Position numbers and translations under genes: made by a program
Part shown: positions 29,951 through 39,309 of the stretch, piece after piece
How the letters are laid out: every line of letters begins with the position of its first letter
Numbering within the stretch: position 1 is the stretch's first letter
Notes under the pieces: generated by a model
Told to the model about the DNA's origin: nothing
The model's database searches: none
Seen by the model: only the letters and a program-made list of their open reading frames with translations
NCBI GenBank assembly: GCA_965197805.1
Contig: OZ240229.1
Location: forward strand, 2,309,039 to 2,373,038
Direction: 5' to 3'
DNA: 64,000 nucleotides
Origin: Dehalococcoidia bacterium
Lineage (GTDB): Bacteria > Chloroflexota > Dehalococcoidia > Lucifugimonadales > JAAXIE01

Positions 29951-31084
29951 CTACCATTGTACGAACATGGGCATGACCACATGGACGTAGTCGTTGGTGG
30001 TGGTGGGTTTGAAGACGCCGGGACTGGAGGGTGAGGTGGCTTCAAGCGCAACCTTGCCTCGCTCGAGTACGCCGAGCACGTCCAGCAGATAGCGATTGCT
30101 GAAGGCGATCTTCGCCTCCTCGCCCTCAATCTCCGTGTCGATTTCGTCTGTATGCTCGCCGACCTCTTCCGCCCGTGCGGAAATGACTATCTTGCCCGGA
30201 GCCCCATCGCTGCCTGGGATCACCTGCAAGCGTACGATGCCGCTGCCGTCGCGGGCAAAGATAGAGGCGGTACGGGCCGCCCGCTGGAATTCCTGCAGGT
30301 CGAACACTGCCCTTGTCTGATAGCTCTGGGGGATTAGCTGTCCATAGTTCGGGAAGGCGCCTTGAATTAGCTGAGACACCACCTCAATGCTCTTCAACTG
30401 GAACAGGGCCTGCCCTTTAGCCGACGACATCATCATTTCCACCGGCTCGTCCTGATCGCCGAGGAACCGGCTGATTTCGGTCAAGGTCTTGGCAGGGATG
30501 ATTACACTGGTGGGCTCGGCCACGGGTTCCACTAGCTTCTCTTTGTGCACTGCCAGACGGAAACCATCGGCGGCTGCCATGGTGAAGTCGTCCCCTTCCA
30601 TCTCCAGCTTCACGCCGGTAAGCACAGGGCGAGACTCCTCAGTGGCTGCTGCAAAGGCCACTTGGGCGATTGCCGTACGCAGCTTGTGTACATCCAGCTT
30701 GGCTGCCAGCCCTTCCTCCACTGTTGGTATCGGGGGGAACTCCTCGGCGTCGGTACCGTTGATGGTCGCCTCTGAGCGGGCACAGGTGAGATGCACAGCC
30801 TTGGGACGCTGCGTGACGTTCAGGTCGATGCGCTCCGCCGGAAGGGAATCTACGAAGTCGCTCAGCAGCCTAGCAGGCACCGTTATGGCGCCTTCCTCTT
30901 CCACCATGGCGCCCACCCATGTGGTGATCCCGATTTCGAGGTTGGTGGCTGAGAGTTTCAGCATAGAGCGGTCCGTGGAAAGCAGCACGTTTTGGGTGAT
31001 GGGTAGCGTGCTCCTAGTAGCCACGGCCCGCCCAACAATACTCAAGCCTCGCTTGAGGTTCTCCTGAAGACACGACAGCCTCAT
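29951..31084 (-). CDS. dnaN: DNA polymerase III beta sliding clamp
   Basis: 377 aa, MRLSCLQENLKRGLSIVGRAVATRSTLPITQNVLL, with three-domain length and a PMFV C-terminus. Confidence 0.9.
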   Translation of the reverse strand: MRLSCLQENLKRGLSIVGRAVATRSTLPITQNVLLSTDRSMLKLSATNLEIGITTWVGAMVEEEGAITVPARLLSDFVDSLPAERIDLNVTQRPKAVHLTCARSEATINGTDAEEFPPIPTVEEGLAAKLDVHKLRTAIAQVAFAAATEESRPVLTGVKLEMEGDDFTMAAADGFRLAVHKEKLVEPVAEPTSVIIPAKTLTEISRFLGDQDEPVEMMMSSAKGQALFQLKSIEVVSQLIQGAFPNYGQLIPQSYQTRAVFDLQEFQRAARTASIFARDGSGIVRLQVIPGSDGAPGKIVISARAEEVGEHTDEIDTEIEGEEAKIAFSNRYLLDVLGVLERGKVALEATSPSSPGVFKPTTTNDYVHVVMPMFVQW

Positions 31085-31110
31085 AACACCCCTCCCGGAA
31101 AGTGGGCTGT

Positions 31111-31139
31111 AGTATATGGGAGGGCCCCAATAGCGTCAA
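31111..31139 (-). promoter_or_regulatory. Putative dnaN promoter
   Basis: On the minus strand: TTGACG (31139-31134), a 17 nt spacer, then TATACT (31116-31111). A GGGAGGGG RBS precedes ATG 31084. Confidence 0.45.
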
Positions 31140-31190
31140 CGGAAGAAACGGGCATCTCAGGCCCGCCTCCGTATGTATCGAGGAGCTTTT

Positions 31191-31760
31191 TCAGGGCGTC
31201 GCCGTGAATGTGCCAAACATGGTTATGTTATGTGCGGGGAAGGTGCATACGAACTGGTAAGTCCCCGCCGGAGGCACGGTGAACGTCACCTTCTTGGTGG
31301 TCTTCGGTTCCAGCAGTCCGGTCTGAATAATGACACGTTCATCGCCCGGTGCTACCCAATCGTTGTCCTCGCCAGACTCAACGCCATCGGCAGTTACGTC
31401 ATCCTTGGTCCCATTCTCTACCAAGACCCAGTTATGTTGCTGAGCCTCGGAGATGTTGCGGAACTGAACGGTGACTTCCTGGCCTGCTGGGGCTGACATC
31501 GCCTCTTTGTCGTACTTCAAGTCCTCGCCTTGGACAGAGACATCCAAGAGAAGTTCCTCGCTTGAAGCTACAGCCTGAGCCGCCGCTGGATCTGGGGCGG
31601 AAGTCGCATCAGAGGGGGCAGAGGACCCGCCGCAGGAGGCAAGGCTCATAACGGCGAGGGTTAGAAGGGCTGAGGCTAGGATTACCACCTTAAACAAAAA
31701 AACTCTCCTCAGGGCCGTAAGCGTTACACTTACTATAAGCCCAAAGGAGAGCGTCCACAA
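31191..31760 (-). CDS. Auracyanin/azurin-like blue copper protein (lipoprotein or membrane anchored)
   Basis: 189 aa with an N-terminal hydrophobic segment and SLASCGG lipobox. The copper ligands are in azurin-type context: QQHNWVLV and VCTFPAHNITMFG. Confidence 0.65.
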   Translation of the reverse strand: MWTLSFGLIVSVTLTALRRVFLFKVVILASALLTLAVMSLASCGGSSAPSDATSAPDPAAAQAVASSEELLLDVSVQGEDLKYDKEAMSAPAGQEVTVQFRNISEAQQHNWVLVENGTKDDVTADGVESGEDNDWVAPGDERVIIQTGLLEPKTTKKVTFTVPPAGTYQFVCTFPAHNITMFGTFTATP

Positions 31761-31824
31761 ACACCCACTACCAGAGCCCGGAGGGAAAGGGCTCCGGTAG
31801 CGGGTATCGACTACACGCGGTGCA

Positions 31825-32049
31825 TTAGCTGGCCCGCTTGACCTCGAGGGTTTCGCCGGGAGCGAGGGCTACACGGCGGACATTGATACCGAGCTTGAGG
31901 ATCCAGTACCCCAGTGTCGCCTTGCTCACTCCCAATTCCGTTGCGGTCGCCGACAGACCCAGGTCGTTGACTTTCTCGGGAACAAGGTTCTCGAGGGGCC
32001 TCTGATACTTCTCTTCTACCTCTCGCATCAGTCTCGTTTTTCGCGCCAC
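31825..32049 (-). CDS. Small helix-turn-helix DNA-binding protein
   Basis: 74 aa. LSATATELGVSKATLGYWILKLGI is HTH-like. A GAGGAGG RBS lies upstream, and a very AT-rich region precedes it. Confidence 0.5.
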   Translation of the reverse strand: MARKTRLMREVEEKYQRPLENLVPEKVNDLGLSATATELGVSKATLGYWILKLGINVRRVALAPGETLEVKRAS

Positions 32050-32284
32050 TTTTTGTACCTCCTCTCGTGCTCGTACTTACACTATCAGGTTGTTCTAAAG
32101 GGTGTCAATGAGTTCTGTGTCGATTTTGAAATCTTTTTGGAACATCGGTCAGTATTATTCCTAACTTTATGAATATACTAAGATTATATATTTCAGGTAA
32201 CGAACACGTTTTGTAGAGCGTGCTTACATAGTGTAGAACGGGAACGATACCGGTGTCTATTGACCTGTGAGAGCAGTTTGCGCG

Positions 32285-32743
32285 TTATCCGAGTAGGTGT
32301 AGCCCTAGCTCGGTTAGGGCGGTGACTACACCACCAGCGATTACGGCGCCGAGGGCGATACATAGAAAAGCAGGACGAAAAGGTATCTCGAAGACCCAAG
32401 CCGCCAGTGAGCCGGACCAGACACCCGTGAAGGGTAACGGCACTGCCACCAACAGAATCAGGGCCAAGTTGCGATGCCTGCGGAAGCTCTCGCCCTTCAT
32501 GCGACGCAGCCTCTCGCTTCGCCATGTGAGCAGTCGGCCGACAGGGTTGGGGAAGGATCTCAGGTAACCGCCAATGCGAGGCAACGCCACCAGCCAGAAG
32601 AGGGCAGGGACCAGGTTGCCAGCCACCGCAATGGGCAACACCCGGTACCAGTCCAGTCCGTAGGTCTCGATGCCCAAGGGTACGCTCGCCCGTAGCTCGC
32701 CTATGGGAGTCATACTTACCAGGAAGGTGATCAGGTAGTCCAT
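32285..32743 (-). CDS. Small multi-TM membrane protein (COG2426 / small multidrug export-like)
   Basis: ORF 32285..32815; the likely start is MDYLITFLVSMTPIGELR at 32743. It has four predicted hydrophobic segments. Confidence 0.55.
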   Translation of the reverse strand: MDYLITFLVSMTPIGELRASVPLGIETYGLDWYRVLPIAVAGNLVPALFWLVALPRIGGYLRSFPNPVGRLLTWRSERLRRMKGESFRRHRNLALILLVAVPLPFTGVWSGSLAAWVFEIPFRPAFLCIALGAVIAGGVVTALTELGLHLLG

Positions 32744-32926
32744 ATATAGTGCATGCCAAGGGAGCCTCGGTGGGAGTCCACATCGGAGACTACACCATAT
32801 TGGCCCCTCTTTCACGGCAGGCTACCGCCCCTGCTGTGCCCTATTCGGTATCTCCCCTCCAGCTTCGTGGTAGACTTCTACCCCGCTGCTTCCATAGCAC
32901 AGGAGTCGTTACTTGGTAGGGTCCAC

Positions 32927-33949
32927 ATGCAGCTAGGCAAAGTACCACAACGCCTGTTGAGCGAGCTCCTCGGCACCATTGGCACCCCCGCTCCGAGTGT
33001 ACTGGTAGGGCCCCAGGTTGGCGTCGACGCGGCAGTACTCGACCTCGGCGGACAGCTATTGGTGGCATCTAGCGACCCCATTACATTTTCACATGACCTG
33101 TCTGGCTGGTACGCGGTACAGGTGAATGCCAACGATGTAGCGGCCATGGGCGCCACACCCCTCTGGTTCATGTCCACTATCCTGCTACCCGCTGGTACAC
33201 TTCCCGAAACTGCGACTGAGCTCTTCAATCAGGTATTGCATGCATGTGAAGAGCTGCACGTAGCTTTGGTCGGTGGCCATACGGAAGTCACCCAAGGTAT
33301 TTATCGCCCCATCATAGCAGGCTGCATGCTCGGCACAGTGGACAGAGATAGTTTGGTAACAACGAGTGGAGCACGGCCGGGAGATAGTGTACTAGTGACC
33401 AAAGGCATCGCTATCGAGGGCACAACTCTGTTGGCCGGGGACTTCCCCGACCAACTCGTTACCGCTGGCATTACCCCTGTTACCCTCGCTCATGCAAGCC
33501 GCTTACTGACCCTGCCCGGAATCAGTGTAGTACTTGATTGCGCGGTACTCGCCGGTGCAGCGCGAGTGCATTGCATGCATGACGTCACTGAGGGCGGCCT
33601 TGCTACTGCACTTCACGAGATCGCTCAAGCGGCAGGAGTTGGTATCGTAATCGAGGAAGGATCGGTACCCGTGTTACCTCAGTGCGCCAACATTTGCCAA
33701 GCCATCGGGATTGACCCCCTAGGCCTTCTGGCCTCCGGCTGCCTGGTCGCTACCCTTCCGCCTGAGGACGTACCTGCAGTGCTATCCGCGCTGGAATCCG
33801 AGGGCATCGATGCTTACGAGATCGGCCATGTAACCGAGGCGGAGGAAGGTGTGAAGATGATCGGAGCCAGCCACGACCCCGAGGACCTGCCGGTCTTCAG
33901 CCGCGACGAGCTAGCGAGGTTTATCGAGCAAGTGTCGACGCAGGACTAG
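32927..33949 (+). CDS. AIR synthase-related (PurM/ThiL/HypE superfamily) protein
   Basis: ORF 32753..33949; the likely start is ATG 32927. GVDAAVLDLGGQLLVASSDPITF, NANDVAAMGATP and VGGHTEV motifs are present. It lacks the SelD N-terminal Cys/Sec motif. Confidence 0.7.
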   Translation: MQLGKVPQRLLSELLGTIGTPAPSVLVGPQVGVDAAVLDLGGQLLVASSDPITFSHDLSGWYAVQVNANDVAAMGATPLWFMSTILLPAGTLPETATELFNQVLHACEELHVALVGGHTEVTQGIYRPIIAGCMLGTVDRDSLVTTSGARPGDSVLVTKGIAIEGTTLLAGDFPDQLVTAGITPVTLAHASRLLTLPGISVVLDCAVLAGAARVHCMHDVTEGGLATALHEIAQAAGVGIVIEEGSVPVLPQCANICQAIGIDPLGLLASGCLVATLPPEDVPAVLSALESEGIDAYEIGHVTEAEEGVKMIGASHDPEDLPVFSRDELARFIEQVSTQD

Positions 33950-34122
33950 GGAGGTGGCCCTTGATCCTGTTGTGCGCCTGAGCCCCAGCCTGGTCGTCTA
34001 TTGGGGTTGAGAGCTATGCATTCAAGCGAAGACACGCCAATCCTGAGCCATCCTTCACCACCATCCTCCCCGCGCGCATCGCCCGCAAAAACTTTCTCTG
34101 GGTCAGCGGGCCGGCAAATTGT

Positions 34123-34181
34123 CCCGTACATTATGTAGACCGGGTTTCGGAGGGGGTGTCTCTCTTATTTTTGCAACATCA
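34123..34181. repeat. Copy 1 of a duplicated intergenic element of about 60-150 bp
   Basis: CCCGTACATTATGTAGACCG...GGGGTGTCTCTCTTATTTTTGCAACATCA. It has a diverged second copy 312 bp downstream. Confidence 0.7.
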
Positions 34182-34434
34182 GTCCAATGCGGGATACCGA
34201 GCCTGCAGGCTAAATGAGAGCGGAGTGAATCGAAGAATCCTTGGAGCGTACGAAATGAGAGAGGGGGAGGCATCAGTGAGGGTCAGTCGACTTGGCTATG
34301 CTAGGACACAGACGGCGTAGACAAACCATGCCATCGCCAACCTGTATCTACGTTAGGTTTTCCTTAGCCAGGAGGGGTTGCCAGAAGGACGGCACCAGCG
34401 ACAGTTTCGCTGGCTCGCACCACCCAGTAGTCTT

Positions 34435-34492
34435 GCCCGTACGTTATGTAGACCGCTGTAGGCCGGGGTGTCTCTCCTATTTGGCAACATCA
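34435..34492. repeat. Copy 2 of the duplicated intergenic element
   Basis: GCCCGTACGTTATGTAGACCG...GGGGTGTCTCTCCTATTTGGCAACATCA. Further similar blocks (GAGCCTG, GTGAATxGAAGA, ACGAAATGA) follow both copies. Confidence 0.7.
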
Positions 34493-34671
34493 TCATAAAC
34501 GCGCGGATGCGGAGCCTGAGTACCGTGAATAGAAGACCTTTGCAACCCCACTTCCCCCTCGATGGAGGAAGACGAGTATAGGGACGAAATGACAGTGCCA
34601 CAGGCTGTAGTCCGCTGTTCACGCACTCACCACCGTATACCACGTGCCCCCGAGGTGTAACCAGCGGACCA

Positions 34672-35640
34672 TCATCCCCCCAGCACTCCACGCACCTGAT
34701 CGGGCGTTATGTTGCCCCCGGAGACGATGACGGCAACTCGCTTCCCTTGCAGTTGGTCGGCCAGCTTGATGGCCCCCGCCGTGGCCGCTGCGCCGGCACC
34801 CTCAGCCAAGGTGTGGGCCTTCTCCAGAAGCACCCGTATGGCGTTGTCGATCTCGTCGTCGCTGACGAGTATGAAGTCGTCCAGCAGTTCCCACAGTATG
34901 GATTGGGTCATCTCATACGCCGTGGCAGTGGCCAGACCCTCAGCTCGCGTCTTCATGGGAGAGTCGATGATGCGACGCTCCTTCCACGACAGGTAGCCCG
35001 CGGGGGCTTGTGCCGATTGGACTGCTATGACCCTGACATTAGGAGCTATCGCCTTGGTCACGATGCAGGCCCCCGACGCCCCACTGCCTCCGCCCAGCGG
35101 CACTAGTATCACGTCCACGTCGGGCCAGTCCTCCATGATTTCCAGGCTGGCGGTGCCGACACCCTCTACAAGCCTTGGCTCGTTAGCGGGGTGGACGTAC
35201 AAGTAGCCCTCTTCTTGGGAGAGACGTTCCGAATGGGCACGGGCCTCGTCGAATTCGCTGCCGTGGAAAACAACTTCGGCACCCAAATTGCGCATGGACT
35301 CGACCTTAAGGGGGTTGGCGCCTTCCGGCAGGCAGATCACCGCGCGCACCCCGAACACAAAGCAGGCGTAGGCGATGGATTGTCCATGGTTTCCACTGGA
35401 GGCGGTGACCAGCCCCCGGCTCTTCTCCACGTCGCTGAGCTGCGACAGCAGGTTGATCCCTCCCCGCACCTTGAAGGCCCCTAACGCATGATGGTTCTCG
35501 TGCTTCAGGCGCACCTCGCATCCCAGCAGCTTACTCAGGGCTGCGTAGTGGTGCAGCGGAGTCCGGGGCACATAAGGCGCGATGCGCCGGCGGGCTGCCA
35601 GGATGTCCTTGAAGGCGGGTGCGGGAGGAATCTCTGCCAT
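34672..35640 (-). CDS. Threonine dehydratase / PLP-dependent (Trp-synthase beta-like fold) ammonia-lyase
   Basis: ORF 34672..35775; the likely start is MAEIPPAPAF at 35640. It has the PLP-Lys context HHALGAFKVRGG and the glycine loop PLGGGSGASG. Confidence 0.8.
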   Translation of the reverse strand: MAEIPPAPAFKDILAARRRIAPYVPRTPLHHYAALSKLLGCEVRLKHENHHALGAFKVRGGINLLSQLSDVEKSRGLVTASSGNHGQSIAYACFVFGVRAVICLPEGANPLKVESMRNLGAEVVFHGSEFDEARAHSERLSQEEGYLYVHPANEPRLVEGVGTASLEIMEDWPDVDVILVPLGGGSGASGACIVTKAIAPNVRVIAVQSAQAPAGYLSWKERRIIDSPMKTRAEGLATATAYEMTQSILWELLDDFILVSDDEIDNAIRVLLEKAHTLAEGAGAAATAGAIKLADQLQGKRVAVIVSGGNITPDQVRGVLGG

Positions 35641-35670
35641 CTTATGTATGCTCCTTGTTTGGGAGTCTAT

Positions 35671-35706
35671 CCCTTCCCCCTCAGAGGGAAGGCTAGGATG
35701 GGGGTG
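35671..35706. repeat. REP-like hairpin element, type A, single copy
   Basis: CCCTTCCCCCTCAGAGGGAAGGCTAGGATGGGGGTG, the same family as the 53.8-55.7 kb array in the opposite orientation. Confidence 0.75.
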
Positions 35707-35857
35707 TGCGCGACGTTGTCCGTCTGGGCATGTGCACGAACCTCGATGTTGTGCGCTCGCTTGGACATACCGCACAAACTCAGAAATAGCAACGGGGCCC
35801 CTGAACGCATCAGGGACCCCGCTATTGTACCGAAAGCTTGGTGGGTCGGCGCGTAGG

Positions 35858-36853
35858 CTAGTCGTCGAGCCTGGGATGTACCGGCATCACACCCGGCAGG
35901 TACCACTCCTCCCAGCTCTGGTCCACTTTACTCTGGAAGTACTTGTGGTCTTCGTCAGTGAAGTGGGCGAACCGGCCTTGGCGCTCCAGATACTCACGCA
36001 CAGGCTTGCGCCTCTTCATGCCCTTGGCGATGGCACGGGAAGGCCCGTTCAGGATCAGTTCGCCATCGATGATCTCATAGAGCACCCAGAGGCCCGTCTC
36101 GATGGCGAGCATGCCCAACTCGTGGGAGTACTTGGGGTCGTAGTCCCAGCCCTTCGGGCAGGGGTCGATGCTGTGGATGAAGGTGGGCCCGCCGATGGTG
36201 AGGGCTCGCCTCATCTTGTTGGTCATGTCCAAGCCGTAGGAACCACAGGCGGTCGCTACGTAGCGGCACTCAGGATGGCCAGCGGCCAGCATGGGGGCGG
36301 TATTCTTCTTCCAGCGCCGGTTCATGATGTGCTTCGCCGTGCCCGGCGGGCTGAAGGTGGAGTTGGCGCCCCAAGGCGAACTGCCCGACACCTGGATGTC
36401 GGTGTTGGCGTAGGACTCGTTGTCGTACAGGAGGATGAGCATGTTGTACTCGGTGAGCGTCAGGGCAGCCGATATGGCTGACAGGCCCATGTCTGCCCCG
36501 CCACCGTCGCCACAGAAGGCGATGACGTTGATAGGCTCATCCTTGATCTTGCCCTTGCGCATGAGAGCCTTCAGGCCGGCAGCGGTGCCGGTGGCCGCCG
36601 AGCCAGAGGAGCCCAACTGCGTGTGCATCCATGGCACGACCCAAGGGGTGCTGTAGTAGGTGGTGTTGGCCACGTACATGCAGCCGGTGCTGCCGACTAC
36701 GATGGTCCGAGGACCGGCTGCCTTGATCATGAGCCGCATCACCAAGGCCGACTCACACCCCTGACAGGTGCGGTGACCAGAGGTGAACAGCTCTGAGATG
36801 GGGATATTCTTCACCCCTTTTACTTGGGGGAGATCAACTAGCGTCGTCATCAC
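35858..36853 (-). CDS. 2-oxoacid:ferredoxin oxidoreductase, beta (TPP-binding) subunit
   Basis: 331 aa with GHRTCQGCE and the IAFCGDGGGADMGL TPP motif. Confidence 0.85.
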   Translation of the reverse strand: MMTTLVDLPQVKGVKNIPISELFTSGHRTCQGCESALVMRLMIKAAGPRTIVVGSTGCMYVANTTYYSTPWVVPWMHTQLGSSGSAATGTAAGLKALMRKGKIKDEPINVIAFCGDGGGADMGLSAISAALTLTEYNMLILLYDNESYANTDIQVSGSSPWGANSTFSPPGTAKHIMNRRWKKNTAPMLAAGHPECRYVATACGSYGLDMTNKMRRALTIGGPTFIHSIDPCPKGWDYDPKYSHELGMLAIETGLWVLYEIIDGELILNGPSRAIAKGMKRRKPVREYLERQGRFAHFTDEDHKYFQSKVDQSWEEWYLPGVMPVHPRLDD

Positions 36854-38074
36854 TTACCTCCTTACGCCTATCCACTCGGTCTGCTGGTCCATCTTCCCGC
36901 TGGCCAAGCCCTGCTGCACCATGTCAATCATCTCAACGACATCACCTTGGTGGATTTCCCGCCCACCCAGTCCGCAGATGAAGGGGAAGAGCATTGGTCT
37001 ATTCTCCAGAGGGTAAAGCGTAGACCTCACCTCGTTGAACACCACTCCCCCATTGCCGGGGGAGCCGTAGGAGTAGTCCCTGTCGATGACGGCTACTGCC
37101 TTGAAGCGGGACAGGGCTTCCCTTATCTCCTCTGTTGCGAAGGGCCGGAACCATTTTAGCCTGATGAACCCCATTTTGATACCCCTGTCGCGGGCGCGCC
37201 TCACGGCCACTCGCAACGGCAGGGACATCGTGCCCAGACCGATGAAGCAGAAATCGGCGTCCTCGGTCATGTACTCCTCGAACCACGGGGTCTCGGTGCC
37301 CCGGCCGAAGATGCGCTTGAACTCCTCGTGAGTCTCCTGTATGACGCCCTTGGCCCGCTTCATGGCCTCGTCGGTCTGTTTCCGCATCTCCATGAGCCAG
37401 TCTTCATTTACCTGGGGGGCAATGGTGATGGGGTTGTCGGGGTGCAACACAAGGTTGCCCCGGTTGTACTGGGGCAGAAACTCGTCGACCATGCCCTGCG
37501 GGGGAACTTTTACCAGCGACTGGGAGTGGGTCAGGAATGCGCCGTCGCAGCTGATGGCGCATGGCAGGAAGACCCTGGCGTCCTCCGCAATTCGCCATGC
37601 CATGAGGCAGGTGTCGTAGGCCTCCTGAGGAGTGGCCACCCAGTTCATCAGCCAGCCCAAGTCACGTACGGCCAGCGCGTCGTTATGTTCGGTACCGAAA
37701 GCGCCTGGATCGTCAAGGGCGCGGTTGCCCACCATGGCTACCACCGGCAGGCGCAGGCCTGCGGTCACAGTGATGGCCTCGAAGGCGTAGAACCAGCCCA
37801 CGCCACTGGAGCCCACAAACGTGCGAGCGCCTACGGAGCTGGCGTGCTTCACGATCTCAAACTGGGAATGTTCGCTCTCGGCGACGATGAACTCGCAGTC
37901 GAAGTCGCCGTTGGCAATCAGGCGCGACACGTACTGCATCACCGTGTCGTATGGGCGGATGGGATAAGCGGTGATGGTGTCCACGTCGGCCATGGAACAG
38001 GCGATGGCGATGGCCTCGCTGCCGCTTATCAGCTCCTCACGTTCTTGCTGTTGGATGGCGGGGCTAGTCGTCAC
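36854..38074 (-). CDS. 2-oxoacid:ferredoxin oxidoreductase, alpha subunit
   Basis: ORF 36854..38134. In-frame GTG at 38074 overlaps the upstream gene stop and gives TTSPAIQQQEREELISGSEAIAIA...AYPIRPYD. Confidence 0.85.
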   Translation of the reverse strand: MTTSPAIQQQEREELISGSEAIAIACSMADVDTITAYPIRPYDTVMQYVSRLIANGDFDCEFIVAESEHSQFEIVKHASSVGARTFVGSSGVGWFYAFEAITVTAGLRLPVVAMVGNRALDDPGAFGTEHNDALAVRDLGWLMNWVATPQEAYDTCLMAWRIAEDARVFLPCAISCDGAFLTHSQSLVKVPPQGMVDEFLPQYNRGNLVLHPDNPITIAPQVNEDWLMEMRKQTDEAMKRAKGVIQETHEEFKRIFGRGTETPWFEEYMTEDADFCFIGLGTMSLPLRVAVRRARDRGIKMGFIRLKWFRPFATEEIREALSRFKAVAVIDRDYSYGSPGNGGVVFNEVRSTLYPLENRPMLFPFICGLGGREIHQGDVVEMIDMVQQGLASGKMDQQTEWIGVRR

Positions 38075-39269
38075 TTGCCACCTCCTCCATCTCTGCAATG
38101 TCTTCGGCATACTGGCTTGGGTGGTGGAAACCATGGGACCTCTTGTCGACCTTGGCCTTGTCCACCAAGGCGGTCATCCACTCGCGGTAGCCCTCTTTGT
38201 CCCGGGTCCAGTGTTCCCATTGGCCACCGTTGTCGTTGAACTCGGACTCGTTGACCATGGTCACACAATCGGGGACAGGGCAAACGTCGTCGCACACACC
38301 ACAACCGCAGCACGCTTCCATGTTGGCGTCGTACAGGCCGTCGGGCGTCACGTCGAAGCAGGTGTCGGGGCAGTGCAGCCAACAGAGGGTGCACTTGATG
38401 CAGGTGTCGAAGTTGACCACCGGCCGCATCGAACGGGTGCTGAACTTCTTGAATAGTTGGTTCCGGTCGGGCTCGTAGCCAGCCCCACCCAGTGTGTTGT
38501 GATGGGGGTCGAATTCACCCACTGCCTCGGCCCCACGGAATCCGGTGCCTTGGCCGTGGCCCTGCACCACCAACGCCTCTTCCATCTGGGTCCAGCCCGG
38601 CAGCGTGAAGCTGTAGGGGGTTTCAGGATTGCCCTGGCCAGGTTCGACCACACGGGTCTCGGTGCGCTCGTAGGTCTTGCGGGCCGAGGCGACCTTGAGC
38701 TCGTCATTCCACTGGTCGCGTATAGCGGCCTCCATGGACTCGAGGCTCACCAGCTCGGGGCATACTTTGGCCAGCGCGCCCAATACGCGCACATCGGTAT
38801 GGTCCTCTTTGTATACCCACAGACCGGAGAAACTTACGCTGCCCCGCACCACGCCAAGACTGTAGGGCTCGGCGCGGGTGTGGATGTCCTGGATCAGGTC
38901 GCCACGCCCCTGCTTAGAGGTGACCAGTACGGTACCTCCGGCCTTGGTGGGACGGTTGATGGGTTGCAGTCCGTACCAAGCCCAAGACTCCACACCCTTG
39001 CACAGTGTGTCGTCCACGGCGATAGTTACGTCTACATCCTTGGGTTCGTACTGGGCCAGATGCTCCTCGAGCTCCAACTCAGTGTCGGCGACTACGGCGA
39101 ACTGCTTGGCGGGGATGCCGTTACGCTCAGGGGAATCTCCATAGCGCCCGAAAGCGGTGCCCACCTTGCCTTCTTTGTTGGCGGCGAACACGATGGCTCG
39201 GGTGATGCGTGACGCCAGGGTCTTCTGGAATATCCCCCGGTATACCACTTCTACGGCAACTCTGGTCAT
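38064..39269 (-). CDS. 2-oxoacid:ferredoxin oxidoreductase, fused gamma-delta subunit (2x[4Fe-4S])
   Basis: 401 aa with an N-terminal gamma-like domain, a linker of about 100 aa, then CIKCTLCWLHCP and CCGCGVCDDVCP ferredoxin motifs. Confidence 0.8.
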   Translation of the reverse strand: MTRVAVEVVYRGIFQKTLASRITRAIVFAANKEGKVGTAFGRYGDSPERNGIPAKQFAVVADTELELEEHLAQYEPKDVDVTIAVDDTLCKGVESWAWYGLQPINRPTKAGGTVLVTSKQGRGDLIQDIHTRAEPYSLGVVRGSVSFSGLWVYKEDHTDVRVLGALAKVCPELVSLESMEAAIRDQWNDELKVASARKTYERTETRVVEPGQGNPETPYSFTLPGWTQMEEALVVQGHGQGTGFRGAEAVGEFDPHHNTLGGAGYEPDRNQLFKKFSTRSMRPVVNFDTCIKCTLCWLHCPDTCFDVTPDGLYDANMEACCGCGVCDDVCPVPDCVTMVNESEFNDNGGQWEHWTRDKEGYREWMTALVDKAKVDKRSHGFHHPSQYAEDIAEMEEVASDD

Positions 39270-39309
39270 ACCTTCCCTCCTGTGTACAAGTTATGCTCCC
39301 TCGGTGTGC

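Noticed and set aside
29951-32284. The dnaN neighbourhood could be the chromosomal replication origin.
   Set aside because: No dnaA gene is adjacent, the upstream gene is a cupredoxin, and dnaN has its own promoter-like element. I found no cluster of TTATCCACA-like boxes. Only an AT-rich spacer 1 kb away is suggestive.
32927-33949. The AIR-synthase-related protein could be selenophosphate synthetase (SelD), which would support the Sec hypothesis.
   Set aside because: It lacks the N-terminal Gly-rich Cys/Sec-Lys motif of SelD. Its pattern is that of generic PurM-superfamily AIR synthase-related proteins, so it cannot be used as evidence for Sec machinery.
1054-39212. The six-frame track contains many long ORFs antisense to or overlapping the called genes. 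Examples are 1054..1602, 4723..5298, 6203..6742, 7830..8663, 15812..16567, 24339..25097, 25502..26212, 26276..27091, 35582..36481, 37328..38239 and 38457..39212.
   Set aside because: They are shadow ORFs typical of high-GC DNA. Their translations are Arg/Ala/Gly/Pro-rich with low complexity and no recognisable motifs, and each overlaps a gene with a strong family signature on the other strand or frame.
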